A stretch of 64,000 nucleotides of DNA from Octopus vulgaris (GCA_951406725.2 OX597835.1:39742001-39806000); one strand, 5' to 3'; positions 42,536 to 56,929 are shown, counted from the stretch's first letter. Notes: a model not told the origin generated them from the letters alone. A program made the numbers and translations.

Positions 42536-42647
42536 TATAAATATATATGTGTATAAATACAAATATATACATGTTTGTGTGTCCGCGCGCGTGTGTATGT
42601 ACGTGTGTGTTTGTGTTCAACAAATATACCGTTAGCAACTGGTATAA

Positions 42648-43363
42648 GCTGCTGTTGGAGAGGACCGATCAGGTAAAGGACCTGGGTATCTTGGTGGATT
42701 CCTCCTTTTCGCCTTCGGCCCAGTGCGTCCATGCTGCCAACAAAGCGCGCGGAATTCTGTTTTTGATTCGACGGTCATTCGGAATGCTCACAGCAGCCAT
42801 ATTCCTGCCACTCTATGTCACGCTGGTGAGACCCATATTGGAGTATGGGATTCAAGCCTCTTCTCCTTATCTCCTCAAAGACATACAGCACCTCGAAAGA
42901 GTCCAGAGGCTGGCTACCCGCATGGTTCATGGTCTCAAAAATTTGTCCTACGAAGAAAGGCTGAGGACGCTCGACCTTTGTTCTCTTGAAAAACGCCGCC
43001 GCCGTGGTGATCTCATTCTCGCCCACAACATCATAAGCGGGAAGTGTAACCTCTCGAAAGAGCTGTTCTTCACTCCTGCTCCGGAGCGTCGGCTGCGGGG
43101 TCATTCCAAAAAGCTCTACCTGCGACGATTTCATCTCAATCGAAGGAGAGGAGCTTTCTCCGTCCGGGTTGCAGATCCGTGGAACAAGCTGCCAGACGAG
43201 ATGGTGAAGATGCCGACGACCGCTTTGTTCAAAGCCTCCCTGGACCTCAAGTGGCCTGAACTCTTTACATGAACACCACCCTGTACTTAACTCCATGTCC
43301 CCCTACATGGCCTTGCTATTTGCTTTTGAGCCAAATTAACTAACTAACTAACTAACTAACTAA
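42648..43363 (+). mobile_element. CR1-clade LINE, 5'-truncated, open ORF2 C-terminus
   Basis: KDLGILVD..LYVTLVRPILEYG..LERVQRLATRMV..SYEERL..RGDLI..RGHSKKL..WNKLP; (taac)n tail. Confidence 0.93.
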
Positions 43364-43548
43364 GCCAAGCGTAATGAAAGTACATCACTCAAAGTACACC
43401 TATCACACTTACTCTCACTCACCCCTCTCTCTCTCTCTCTCTCTCTCACTTAGCTATCTCCCTCTCCCTCTTTCATTCCCTCTCACTCTCTGTATCATCG
43501 TTTGTTTAATCCTGTTATTATCCTTGATATCTGCCGCAGCCTGATATC

Positions 43549-43777
43549 TATTTCTTTACTACCCACAAGGGTCTAGACACAGAGAGGGCACAAACAAGGA
43601 CAGACAAACGGATTAAGTCGATTATATCGACCCCAGTGCGTAACTGGTACTCATTTAATCGACCCCGAAAGGATGAAAGGCAAAGTCGACCTCGGCGGAA
43701 TTTGAACTCAGAACGTAGCGGCAGACGAAATACGGCTACGCATTTCGCCCGACGCGCTAACGTTTCTGCCAGCTCGC
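43549..43777 (-). mobile_element. SINE group D, full length
   Basis: tatttctttactacccacaaggg...cgtttctgccagctcgc. Confidence 0.92.
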
Positions 43778-43984
43778 ATTGTACTTCGTATTATATAAAG
43801 TAATTCCAGTTATTCAAATTAAGCGCAATAAATTTGGTATGCAAGCAGGCAGAGTATACCACAGAAACATCTAACACACATACACACACACACACACTCA
43901 CAGTAGGTGACAAGGTTGTAACGACCCTTGAATTACAGGTACGGCCCCTTTGACGAGTTCAGCACTATCCTATTTTGCATAGAC

Positions 43985-44310
43985 ACATTGGACAATTGTC
44001 TTCTATAGCCACGGTTTTGTGAGTGGATTTAGTAGACGGAAACTGAAAGAAGCTCGTCGTGTATATAAATATGTATATATATATATATATATTGTGTGTG
44101 TGTGTTTGTCTTAGTATCTGTGTTTATTCCCCCACTACCGCTTGACAACCGATGTTGGTGTGTTTACGTCCTCGTAACATTAGCGGTTCGACTAAAAGAT
44201 ACTTATAGAATAATTACTGAGCTTACAAACAATAAGTTCTGGGGTCGATTTATTTGACTAAAACCCTGGCCGCAGTTAAATGACTGAAACAATTAAAAGT
44301 ATAAAAGAAT
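43985..44310 (+). mobile_element. SINE group A, degenerate
   Basis: gtagacggaaactgaaagaagc...tgactgaaacaattaaaagtataaaag. Confidence 0.8.
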
Positions 44311-44373
44311 AGACAAATAGCCGCTAGTTATATATATATATATATAGATATACAATAGGCTGTGTGTGTGTAT

Positions 44374-44435
<62 letters not shown>

Positions 44436-44671
44436 ATGCGTGTGTATGCGTGTTTATATATATATATGTATATATGCACAGACATACAGATATCAATCCT
44501 TCGAACATTACAACTTTGCAGACACACACACATATATATATATATATATGGACACCGTGATGGTGTCAGCCTATCTGGTGACGTTGATGATCGCCTGGGG
44601 CTAAATGCATCAGTAACACCCCCACCGCCCTGCCCTGTCCCTAGCCACATTCAAATGGCTAATGTCCCTTT

Positions 44672-44708
<37 letters not shown>

Positions 44709-44781
44709 GTGTGTATGTGTATAAATACACACTTGCATGCACATGCGCGTAATATATACATCAATCACCACACACACACAA

Positions 44782-44829
<48 letters not shown>

Positions 44830-44869
44830 ACACGTACGTAAAGAACGCATGCAAACACAAGCTGATGAA

Positions 44870-45560
44870 CTCTCATCACACACACACACACACACATGCA
44901 AACGAATTGAAATATTCATTTCATATATAGACGTGTGTGTGTGTGTGTGTATGTGTGTGTATGTTTGTATGCGTGTGTGTATATTCACTCTTCACGTAAA
45001 TGCACCACCAGTACCCACACACATACACACGTAAAAAGAAAAGTAAACACGCGCACACAAAAGTTACACACACACATACACGCACACGTATACTCAGTCT
45101 ACACACACGTGCACCAGAAACACACACACACACACACACACAAACACAAACACACGCAAACTCACACACACACACACACACATGCAGACAAATTGAAATA
45201 TTCATTTCATATATGTGTGTGTGTGTTTGTGTCTGTTTATGTGTGTGTATGTATGCATGTGTGTGTATGTATGCATGTGTGTGTATGTATGCATGTGTGT
45301 GTATGTATGCATCTGTTTGTGTGTGTGTGTATTCACTCTTCACGTCAGTGCACCACCAATGCCCACACACACATACACACACACACACACACACAAACAC
45401 ACTCACACGCGCAAACTCACACACACACATACAAATTGAAATATTCATTTCATGTATGTGTGTATGTGCGTGTATGTATGCATGTGTGTGTATTCACTCT
45501 TCACGCAAGTGCATACACACATACAAAGAAAGTAAACACGCACGCACACACACATACACA
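44870..45560. repeat. Three-copy tandem repeat of a microsatellite-laced unit (about 240-290 bp)
   Basis: aattgaaatattcatttcat at 44905, 45191 and 45434; tattcactcttcacg also occurs three times. Confidence 0.85.
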
Positions 45561-45949
45561 CACACGCACACACACCTTTACGCACACACACACCGACAAC
45601 TGTATTGTTGAAAAACCAATCAATAAAGCTGTGGTGACGTTGAACAGATCAATATTACAGCCGCAATATTTAACGAGAGATAATCGATAAGTACTCACTT
45701 AATAAACACAATTAAAATGATTGGAAACGGGGAGAGGGGGAGGGGGGAAGAAAGGGGAAGAGGGGTGGGTTGTCGGCGGAGGAGGGTGGGTGATAAATTG
45801 TAATTAACGGGTGGGGGATGGAGGAGAGAAAGGAAGGGTGGTCGCGTGTGGAGCGGGGAGTGGATGATAAATTGTAATTAACCGACTCATTTCTGTCTGT
45901 TCCGTGTGTAAGGATGGGTAGGGGGCAGGGGTGGAGGGAGAGCGATTCT

Positions 45950-46376
45950 TACTCTTCCTTTCGCTCTCCCCCGCTCTTGCTCTCCTTTTCTCTTTCTCTC
46001 TCTGATTTTCTCCCCTAGTCTTTGCATCTCCCGCTCTCTTTCTCTCTCACTCTCTCTCTCTCTTTCTCTCTCTCTCCTTTCTGTATCAATTCATCCCTAT
46101 CTCCCTTTCTCTCTCCCTCTCTCTCTCCCTCTCTCTCTCTTTCTCTCTCTCCTTTTCTCTGTATCTCTTCATCCCTATCTCCCTCTCTCTCTCTCTTTCT
46201 CTCTCTTCTTTTCTCTGTATCTCTTCATCCCTATCTCCCTTTCTCTCTCCCTCTCTCTCTCCTTCTCTCTGTATCTCTTCATCCCTATCTCTCTTTCTTC
46301 CTCTCTCCCTCTCTCTTTCTCTGTCTTTCTGTCTGATTCACTTTTTCTCACGACATTTCAATTAATCTGTTATTGA

Positions 46377-46409
<33 letters not shown>

Positions 46410-46460
46410 CCCTCTCTCTCTCTCTCCACGTCTCTCTCTTTTCCCACTCTGTCTTCTCTC
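45950..46460. repeat. CT-rich minisatellite
   Basis: Unit ctgtatctcttcatccctatctc occurs four times within (CT)n. Confidence 0.9.
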
Positions 46461-46544
46461 TTTCATTTACCTTGTACTTCAACAAATGTGTGTGTGTGTA
46501 TGTGTGCATCATGTCGATTCTCTTTCACTCCGTCTGTCACCTCT

Positions 46545-46577
<33 letters not shown>

Positions 46578-46910
46578 CGGTCCATTTTGTTTCAATTAGC
46601 GTGTGTCTATATACCCGTGAGCATTTCTGTATGCGTGTATGCATTTGTCGATATAAAAGTGTGCATGTATTGTATACGCATTTCTATGTGTATACATATG
46701 TGTTATCTTCCCTTCTTTTTCTCTCTTGTTTCTCTTTCACACACACACACACACACTCTCTCCCTACCACTCCCCCCTCTCTCTCTCTCTCTCCCATCCT
46801 TCCTCTCTATTTCAGTCACCATACGGGTGTTTCCTTGTATAAAAGTATCTGCGTGTCTTTGCTCGTGTGTGAGCCTATATAGATTTTTTCTTTTATTTTC
46901 TTCTCCTGTT

Positions 46911-47090
46911 TAGGGGTACTCAACCCCTTTTTATTTTTTACCTATGGACCCCTTTGATACCTATATTACCCTTCTGGGTCCTCATAGCCATTCCATTTTC
47001 AAAAAATCCCATTATATTTTTAGAATTAAATATTAGGAATTTTATTTCAAAAATTGTCAAAATATTTTGTGCCTTGTAGAAGCATAACCA
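46911..47090. mobile_element. hAT MITE fragment (30664 family, opposite orientation)
   Basis: taggggtactcaacc...tatggacccctttgat. Confidence 0.6.
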
Positions 47091-47091
47091 T

Positions 47092-47465
47092 TTTACTCTC
47101 TTTTACTCTATTATTTGTTTCGGTTATTTGACTGCGGCCATGCAGGAGCACCACCTTTAGTCGAAAAATCGGCCCCAAAACTCACTCTTTGTAAGCCTAG
47201 TACTTATTCTATCGGTCTTTTGCCGAACCGCTGCTAGGTTACGGGGACGTAGACATACCAACATAGGTTGGCAAGCGATGGTGGGCGGGGACAAACAGAC
47301 ATACAAACATATAAACACATACATGAATATACATACGACAGGCTTCTTTCAGTTTCCGTCTACCAAATCCACTCACAAGCACGAAGCTATAGCAGAAAAC
47401 ACTTACCCAAGGTGCCACGCGGTGGTTCTGAGAACACTACTTACCACACAGACACTCCTACACCT
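47092..47465 (-). mobile_element. SINE group A
   Basis: ttttactctttt...gtaagcctagtacttattctatcgg...cttaccacacag. Confidence 0.85.
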
Positions 47466-48157
47466 ACTACACGTAAATTCTAACAAATAAATTTCAGGTT
47501 TTGTGCTTTTAGTAGAAAGGACTATAATAATTATTATTATTATTTTCAGGGAAACGAGAGGGCACTCCAAGTAAAAATGCTTAGCGGCCTCTTGCCCGTC
47601 ATACAAGGAGGACTACAAATATTATTATACAGACGGCGAGAAAATAATGTACCTGGTATATTTTCAAGATACACCGGGCTAAAATGGACGGCCTTTTTGT
47701 TATGCTTCGAATATTCATTGTACTTTTAACAGCTGTGCTGAAATTTGTTGAGGACAAATCACTTTTACTGTAACTTGGTCACATCTGTATCTTTTATTCT
47801 TCCGCATATAAAGTGCGTGTGCGTATGCGCGCGTGCGTATGTGTGAGAGAGTGTGCGCGCAAACGTTATTTGGCGGGGGGGAGTATGTAGTATAGATATA
47901 GGTATACATAAATGCATGTATATAATATGCACCACACGTGTGTGTGTGTATGTATATATACATATATATATATATGTATATATACATATATATATATATA
48001 CATACATACATACATACATACATGCATACATACATACATACATACATACATACATACATACATACATACATGTAAATATATTTGCGTGTAAATGTATACA
48101 CATATGAAAACTTATGCATACACATATGAGGGTGAATGCACAGAACGATAGGTAGAC

Positions 48158-48249
<92 letters not shown>

Positions 48250-48631
48250 GAGTACAGAAAGAAACAGTCACACAGAAGCAAATATACACACACATGCACG
48301 TTTATGCGGATGTACACACACGGCATCGCAGTGATTTCACCGATTACTTCTAGGGTCAGTAGAAAGCTGCTTGGACAATAGCCTCCAGTTTGATCAACTT
48401 CGGTCCAGTTGCCTAGAGAAGAGTGTATGTTTTAAGATCCGAAACATCCAGCGATCCTGGGATACAACACTGACGATGTACCCAAAATTCGCATCTATTA
48501 ATGCATATAAATGTGTGTATGTGTATGCATGTATGTATGTATGCATGTATGTATCTATGTATGTATGTATGTGAATATATATGTCTATTGAAGTATATAT
48601 ATATATATATATATACACATATATACGTATG

Positions 48632-48685
<54 letters not shown>

Positions 48686-48837
48686 GAGTTTGTGTGTGGG
48701 TGTGCTGATTTGATTGATATGTGCGTCTCTCTACTGCTTCAGGCTCAATGAATGGCAATTAATTGCCCATAATTACATCTAATTGATGTGCGAGTCTATA
48801 TGTGTATGAGTATATGTGCTTCTACGTGTGCATGTGT

Positions 48838-48868
<31 letters not shown>

Positions 48869-49015
48869 AACGTGTGCGTATGGGGTTTGTAAGAGCTTAT
48901 CTGTATGAATGGTGATAAAATATATACTGACAATATTTATCTAAGTGACATGTGTACAAGTGAGAGAGACGCAATGAAATATATGTACGTGTATTCATAG
49001 ATATATATGTGTGTG

Positions 49016-49060
<45 letters not shown>

Positions 49061-49450
49061 GCACACACATGCATGCACACACAGACACACAGACACACAG
49101 ACACATACATATAGTCGCGGCGTATACTATTTGTGAGTGTATTTATGTCAGCGTATAAACAATGCATACACTTAGGTAAACAGGTAGGAATGTGTGTATA
49201 TGTACGTGTGTAGTGTGTATTTATATATGTGTTTACACATATATATATGTGTGTGTGTGTGTATGTATGTATGTGTATGTATGTATATATATATGTGTGT
49301 GTGTGCGTGTGTGTGTGTGTATAACAAATAGTTTGGACAAATACATATAAGTCGATTAGTGTGTTTAAATGTTTGAGTAGGGCACCTGCACAGTTTAGGC
49401 TACCTGTTGCTATCCAACATTAAAAATTTCTAGTGAGGCAATTTATCAAT

Positions 49451-49494
49451 GTACCTGAAGAGACCCAGCCTATGGGTCGAAACATATGCTGTAC
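49451..49494 (+). ncRNA. Minimal hammerhead-like motif (second family)
   Basis: GTAC-CTGAAGA-GACCCA gccta TGGGTC-GAAAC-ATAT-GCT-GTAC, followed by aataaa; the cleavage triplet is non-canonical. Confidence 0.55.
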
Positions 49495-49544
49495 CAAATA
49501 AAAGTCTCATACGAAATTATTAATTAGTAGTATATATATATATA

Positions 49545-49720
49545 TACGCCTTTTTTTCTCTCCTTGTTTCTCTTCTTGTTTTTTTCTTTTTCTGTGTCCC
49601 TTTCTGCAGCAGAGCGTAGGCTCGAAACGTAAAAGACTTTTTCTATTCTTGAGCGTTATACTAATGCATCTCTTTGTACACCACCTGTCTTCGTCTTTTG
49701 TTTTTTACGTAAACTCTCCA
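49545..49720 (+). mobile_element. Hammerhead-bearing short repeat (Penelope-like)
   Basis: CTTT-CTGCAGC-A-GAGC gtag GCTC-GAAAC-GTA-AAAG; body matches 32140-32300. Confidence 0.65.
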
Positions 49721-50071
49721 TATATATATATATATATATATATAGGGAACTTATATCAGTCATGGGCCTTTCACCATGAAGAGCCATGGATCAAGCGACA
49801 CCTTCTCAAACATCCAAATATGAAGGAATCATATTCTGTGTACACGTTTCTAAGGTATACCCAGCCACCAACATTAAAGCGCAAGGGTGGGTATGTGCTA
49901 CGAAACGTGCTGGCCAATCACATGGTGCGGGTCCAGTTCCACTACGTGACAACTTGTCTGAGGGTCTTCTAGTATAGCCCCGGGATGAGCAAAGCCTTGA
50001 GCATGGATTTGGTAACTGGTCATGTATACACACACACATATATATATCTGCATGTATTTATATATATACAT

Positions 50072-50173
<102 letters not shown>

Positions 50174-50384
50174 TTTTATTCTTTTACGTGTTTCAGTGAT
50201 TTGACAGCGGCCATGCTAGAGCACCGCTTTTAGTCGAAGAAATCAAACCCAGGACTTATTCTTTGTAAGCCTAGTACTTATTCTATCGGTCTGTCTTGAT
50301 GAACCGCTACGTTCGTCGGGTTATAAACACAGACACACAAAAACATACATATATATATATATATATCATGATTTTATTTATATA

Positions 50385-50425
<41 letters not shown>

Positions 50426-50564
50426 GCGAACAAATATGTACATATGCATATATGGGTACAGGGCGTCACCAACAGTAAACAACATGAAATACGAAAACAA
50501 ATGACTTCAAGTGGAGAACGAGGGGGAAGAGTAGAAGTAGAAATAGTAGTAGTAGTTGTAGCAG

Positions 50565-50628
50565 AAAGAAGAAGAAGAAGAAGAAGAAGAAGAAGAAGAA
50601 GAAGAAGAAGAAGAAGAAGAAGAAGAAG

Positions 50629-50658
<30 letters not shown>
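50565..50658. repeat. (GAA)n tract
   Basis: Direct inspection. Confidence 0.97.
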
Positions 50659-50659
<1 letters not shown>

Positions 50660-50798
50660 GGGGCAGATATGGCTGTGCTGAGGACACTTTCCTTAAAATG
50701 TGCTGCGTATTTGCAGGTTCGATCCCAATGAGATTTCTACATCTGCTTATATATGTGTTGGTATATATATACGTCTGTCAGCGTGAGTGTGTAATTGC

Positions 50799-50838
<40 letters not shown>

Positions 50839-51123
50839 CGGGCTGGAGGTGAGTGTGTAATTTTCATCAAGTTTAAGAATACCAAAGAAAGAATTTAAGT
50901 GAAGCGCGGAGTTGGGGTCACGCCACACTGAAAGTAGAGGAGAGTCAGGTTTTGTAGAAATATCAACTTGACTCAGGACTCTAACTGTTGAGCCATCGAC
51001 TTTTTTCCACCATTAAATAAGAAGGGGAATAAATAAATAAATAGACAAATAAATAATTAAATATAAACGAAACATGAATTGCCAGTCAACTTGGCCGTCA
51101 CAATTATTGTTTGTTTGTATGCA

Positions 51124-51177
<54 letters not shown>

Positions 51178-51186
51178 AAAATATGC

Positions 51187-51272
<86 letters not shown>

Positions 51273-51629
51273 ACATATATATATATATATATATAAGATA
51301 GATAGATAAGATAGATAGATAAGATAGATAGATAGAAAGAGAGAGAGATAGGCAGAAATATTTTTATATATATGTATATACATATATATATAGATATATA
51401 CATATATATTTATATACATATTAATATTTATATATACATACATATATATATATATACATATACATATACATATATATATATATGTATGTATATATGTATA
51501 TATGTACATATATATATACATACATATATATATATATATAGATATATACACATACATACATGCATGCATGCATACATACATACATACATACACACACACA
51601 TAAATATATATATATATATATACAAATAA

Positions 51630-51691
<62 letters not shown>

Positions 51692-51849
51692 AGTATTGTT
51701 TGTCATCGACTGTGTTTAATGTAATAGCTAAACTGAAATAATTACCAGTATTATTTATAAATAATATTATAAAGTGTGTGTGGGAAAGGAGTCATTGATT
51801 TTTACCGATATCTATAGGTATTCAATTTGTAACTAATCAAAACTAATCG

Positions 51850-51902
<53 letters not shown>

Positions 51903-52210
51903 TGTGTGCGTGCGTGCTCTATCTATTGTATACTCGCCTATTAGCTGCTTGAATGGGCAGCACTAGTTTAGCAAATGATCTGATCTGAGACGGTGTGTTC
52001 AGACTAAAACAAGAGCTTGAATAGCATAAGCCTTATATGGCCATTAAATATATTCCCAAACGCTGCTAAAGACACATTTATTATTTAGCAATGAAAAAGC
52101 TCGAGGCTTTAGTAGAAGACACTTGTACAGTGGGACTGAACCCGCGACCACTTGGTTGGGAAGCACGCTTCTTATAATAAAACCACGCCTGCGCCAATAA
52201 TTATACATAT

Positions 52211-52624
52211 AGGAGTGGCTGTGTGGTAAGTAGCTTGCTTACCAACCACATGGTTCCGGGTTCAGTCCCACTGCGTGGCACCTTGGGCAAGTGTCTTCTG
52301 CTATAGCCTCGGACCGACCAAAGCCTTGTGAGTGGATTTGGTAGACGGAAACTGAAAGAAGCCTCTCGTATATGTATATATATATATGTATATATGTGTG
52401 TGTATATGTTTGTGTGTCTGTGTTTGTCCCCCTAGCATTGCTTGACAACCGATGCTGGTCTGTTTACGTCCCCGTCAATTAGCGGTTCGGCAAAAAAGAC
52501 CGATAGAATAAGTACTGGGCTTACAAAAAGAATAAGTCCCGGGGTCGATTTGCTCGACTACAGGCAGTGCTCCAGCATGGCCGCAGTCAAATGACTGAAA
52601 CAAAATTAAAAGAATAAAAGAGTA
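52211..52624 (+). mobile_element. SINE group A, full length, young
   Basis: aggagtggctgtgtggtaag...tgactgaaacaaaattaaaagaataaaagagt. Confidence 0.92.
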
Positions 52625-52691
52625 TATGCAGACATACAGATTTGCAGATATGCACACACAAACACACATGGATACATATAAATATATATAC

Positions 52692-52744
<53 letters not shown>

Positions 52745-52948
52745 CGTATGTATAAATACATGACATATATACATATATACAAACACACACACACACACAT
52801 ATACACACTCACATTTATAGATATATGCATGGACATACATATACAAACAAATATATACACATACACATATGTACATATATGTACATATATCAATAATTGT
52901 ACATGTGTGTTTGTATGGATATACATATGCAACGCACACTCACACGCG

Positions 52949-52979
<31 letters not shown>

Positions 52980-53713
52980 GACACAATTGCTGTGTTGTGT
53001 TTAAAAGTATCAGATTCTTAGTTTCATTTTATTGAGTAATCCTTCGGTTTAGGTTTCAATTTATGGATGGAAATAAGTTGCATATTTTATACCAATGTAC
53101 ATGAATACACACATACACACATACATATACATACACACACACGCACACACACAAAAATATATATATATGTGCATATATGTTTCTGTATTTATATGTGTGT
53201 ACTTATATGTAGTATATACAGATGGTTTTCAAAGTACATGTTCTTGCAAGCGGAATTATTTGTACCAAAGTTTTTCAGCTCCATGTGTGTGTAACCATTA
53301 TTGATAGCCATATACTATACGCTTTTTCTTAAATCCAGTTTTCAAATTTCAAATAACATCAATTTATTTTTACCTACACCTACACACACACACACACACA
53401 TTCGCATACACAAATGTATGTATCTTAGGTTATATGAAAAGTAATATTTATATTAAATATCTTGTGAATAATAATAATATTTTATCAGTTTATAGCTTAA
53501 AGGCAATCACCGCGTATTAGCTAAAGAAAATGCTCTAATTTTGAGGCAAAAGTGGTTAATATGTCTCTAATATTATACTATTTATTTTAGTCACTTCTCG
53601 GTAATCACTCATAAGCTTTAAGCTTATAAAATATTATTATTTACAGAATTATCACTCATCTCCGCTTCTCAAATCATTGCAGAAAACGCACATGCTTATA
53701 TCAAATATATATA

Positions 53714-53949
53714 TATTTCTTTACTACCCACAAGGGGCTAAACACAAAGGAGACAAACAAGGACAAACAAAGGGATTAAGTCGATTACATCGACCCCAAT
53801 GCGTAACTGGTACTTAATTTATCGACCCCGAAAGGATTAAAGGCAAAGTCGACCTCGGCGGAATTTGAACTCGGAACGGAACATAACGACAGATGAAATA
53901 TGGCTACGCATTTCGCCCGGCGTGCTAACGTTTCTGCCAGCTAGCCGCC
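53714..53949 (-). mobile_element. SINE group D, full length
   Basis: tatttctttactacccacaaggggctaaac...ttctgccagctagccgcc. Confidence 0.92.
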
Positions 53950-53977
53950 TTCTTATATTAAATATATATACTGATTC

Positions 53978-54613
53978 GTTGAAGGTGCACGAAGCCGTTC
54001 GGCGGCCTATGCTACTGCATGGCTGCGAGGTTTCGATGGTTTACGAACGCCACGCCAAACACCAAAACCGCTTCCACGTGAACTGCCTGAGAAAGCTATT
54101 GAAAATCGCCAGGCAAAACAAGGTCCTAGACACGGAGAGTCACTCTACTGTTGATCTGCTAACCATATTCATACATTGCCGAGAAGAGCACTCCACTTTG
54201 TTTGAATGCCCCAACATCCCTTCCCCTGAAGGACTTGTTCTACAGCGGACTGGCAGAAGGCAAGCGCACTCAACTTGAAGAAAACAAGCGTTTCAAGGCC
54301 ACACTCTCCACCGAAGAGCTTTGAGATCAACTTTGACTCCTGGGCGCAAAACCGCCCTACCTAGGGAAACTCTACCGGTATATGTGCTGCCTCCTGCGAC
54401 GAACAGAACAGGATTTCAGGGGCCCAAAGAGAACACGAAGTACACAAATCCAAAGTTAACTCCTGGGCCTTCTGACCCAACAGGTGACCTGTGCCCCAAC
54501 TGTGGCAGAAACTTCCGAGCCCCCATCGGACTGATCAGCCGCAACATAAATCACCGTGCTCGTCTTTTTCCAATGTGATGTCGACCGGTCATCGCCGACA
54601 ACGAAGGAGGAAC
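53978..54613 (+). mobile_element. RTE-clade LINE 3' remnant with C-terminal zinc-finger-like motif
   Basis: LKVHEAV..LLHGCE..YERHAK..RFHVNCLRKLLKI and CPNCGRNFRAPIGLIS; 3' end ggtcatcgccgacaacgaagga. Confidence 0.82.
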
Positions 54614-54812
54614 TAGATAGATAGACAGATAGATAGGTAGAGAAACAGAGAGAGAGAGACAGAGAGAGAGAGAGACAGAGAGAGATACAGATGTGTGTAT
54701 ATGTATGCTTTTCTTCCATTTTCCTGAGCGCCTAATAATAATAATACTGTAATTGTTCCACGTGTTGTTTGTTTTTTCTGTTTTCCCGTTTGGATTAACC
54801 TTATATAGATAG

Positions 54813-54845
<33 letters not shown>

Positions 54846-55049
54846 TACAGATCTGTATGTATGTGTTTTTGTGTATACGTTCGTATATGTTATCCTTACA
54901 ATTATTTCATGTAATATATGCGTCGATAGACTCGCGCACGCGCGCTCACACACACACATGAAACTTTAAGTAATGTGGAACCAAGTGAAAGTGTGATTGA
55001 ATACATGTAAATATAATGTTCAATATTACTGCTTTTCGTTTGCAAGTAT

Positions 55050-55098
<49 letters not shown>

Positions 55099-55101
55099 TA
55101 T

Positions 55102-55149
<48 letters not shown>

Positions 55150-55150
<1 letters not shown>

Positions 55151-55320
55151 ACCCACAAGGGCAACCATTTTCGTGGGGAGATGTGTCGATTACCAGAGTT
55201 TCAATGATGCTTAATTTATCGATCCCGAAAGGATAAAAGGCAATTGAACGGCGGAATTTGAACTCAGAAACGTAGCAGCGGACGCCCGGCGCGCTAACGA
55301 TTCTGCCAGCTCGCCGCCCT
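55150..55320 (-). mobile_element. SINE group D, deleted copy
   Basis: ttatcgatcccgaaagga...ggcggaatttgaactcagaa...ctgccagctcgccgcc. Confidence 0.8.
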
Positions 55321-55321
55321 C

Positions 55322-55372
<51 letters not shown>

Positions 55373-55578
55373 TTATTATACAAGTATGTCGCATGGTAAG
55401 TATGTATCTATGTAACTAACCATTTTCTTGCGTCATGTATGTATATGAGAACATACGTGCGTGTGTATCTGCGTATGTATATATGTATATTTATATCTAT
55501 GTACTTTCTATGTATATGTGAATGAAAATATATATACATAGAAACATTATATGTAAATTAAATCATCATATTTCATAC

Positions 55579-55611
<33 letters not shown>

Positions 55612-55637
55612 TGTACGTACGTACGTATGCATGTATG

Positions 55638-55668
<31 letters not shown>

Positions 55669-55961
55669 GTATATATGTATGTATGTATGTATGTATGTAC
55701 GTACGTACGTATGCATGTATGTATGTATGTATGTATGCATGTATGTATGTATGTATGTATGCATGTATGCATGTATGTATGTATGTATGTATGTATGTAT
55801 GTATGTATGTATGCATGTATGTATGTATGTAGGGGTGCATGTGTGTGTATAATATATATTCACATATTACGATATATATATATACTTATAGATAGACCGA
55901 AGATACGCAAGCATATAGACATATATTCGCTTGCGCGCGCGCGCGCGTGTGTGTCTTTATA

Positions 55962-56000
<39 letters not shown>

Positions 56001-56120
56001 GCTAACGAATATATATTACATATGAGAGCGTGCGTCTATATAAATGTTTTGTAAATATTTGTATATATGTGTAGGTATATATATCTATGTGTGTGCGTGT
56101 GTATGTATATATATATATAG

Positions 56121-56488
56121 TCTTTTTAATCTTTTAGTCTTTTACTTGTTTCAGTCATTTGACCCCGGGACTTATTCTTTTTGTAAGCCCAGTACTTATT
56201 CTATCGGTCTCTTTTGCCGAACGGCTAAGTAACGGGGACATAAACACACCAGCATCGGTTGTCAAGCAATGCTAGGGGGACAAACACATACACGCAAACA
56301 CACACACACACATATATATATATATACATATATGCGACGAGCTTCTTTCAGTTTCCGTCTACCAAATCCACTCACAAGGCTTTGGTCGGCCCGAGACTAT
56401 AGTAGAAAACACTTGGCCAAGGTGCCACGCAGTGGGACTGAACCCGGAACCATGTGGCTGGTAAACAAGCTACTTACCACACAGCCAC
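56121..56488 (-). mobile_element. SINE group A, young
   Basis: Closely similar to 27684-28087, with a short deletion. Confidence 0.9.
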
Positions 56489-56524
56489 ATATACATATAT
56501 GTATATATGTATATATAAATATAT

Positions 56525-56661
<137 letters not shown>

Positions 56662-56929
56662 CCCCTTACCCCTATATATCTGCACAAATTCTTATTATAT
56701 ATTATTATAAGAAATATATAGAACTAAATAAAATATTTACTTAGGTAAGTGTGTGGTTATATACATGTAAATACATATACATATAGACATATAAATATGC
56801 ATATAAATACATACATGCACGGACCTATACAGATTACACAAGCTTATACAGTTTGCATGGCCATGTAAATATGTGTGTGTGTGTGTCAGAGAGAGAGTTT
56901 ATGTGTGTATGTGTATACACAGATATATA

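Noticed and set aside
42547-43272. 241-aa ORF as a host gene
   Set aside because: It is a 5'-truncated CR1 ORF2 fused in frame to microsatellite-derived sequence.
44870-45560. CRISPR-like repeat-spacer pattern
   Set aside because: The context is eukaryotic, the spacers are microsatellites, and no cas genes are present.
48440-48482. GAAAC...CTGACGA as a type II hammerhead
   Set aside because: I could not form the required stems, and there is no second copy in the window.
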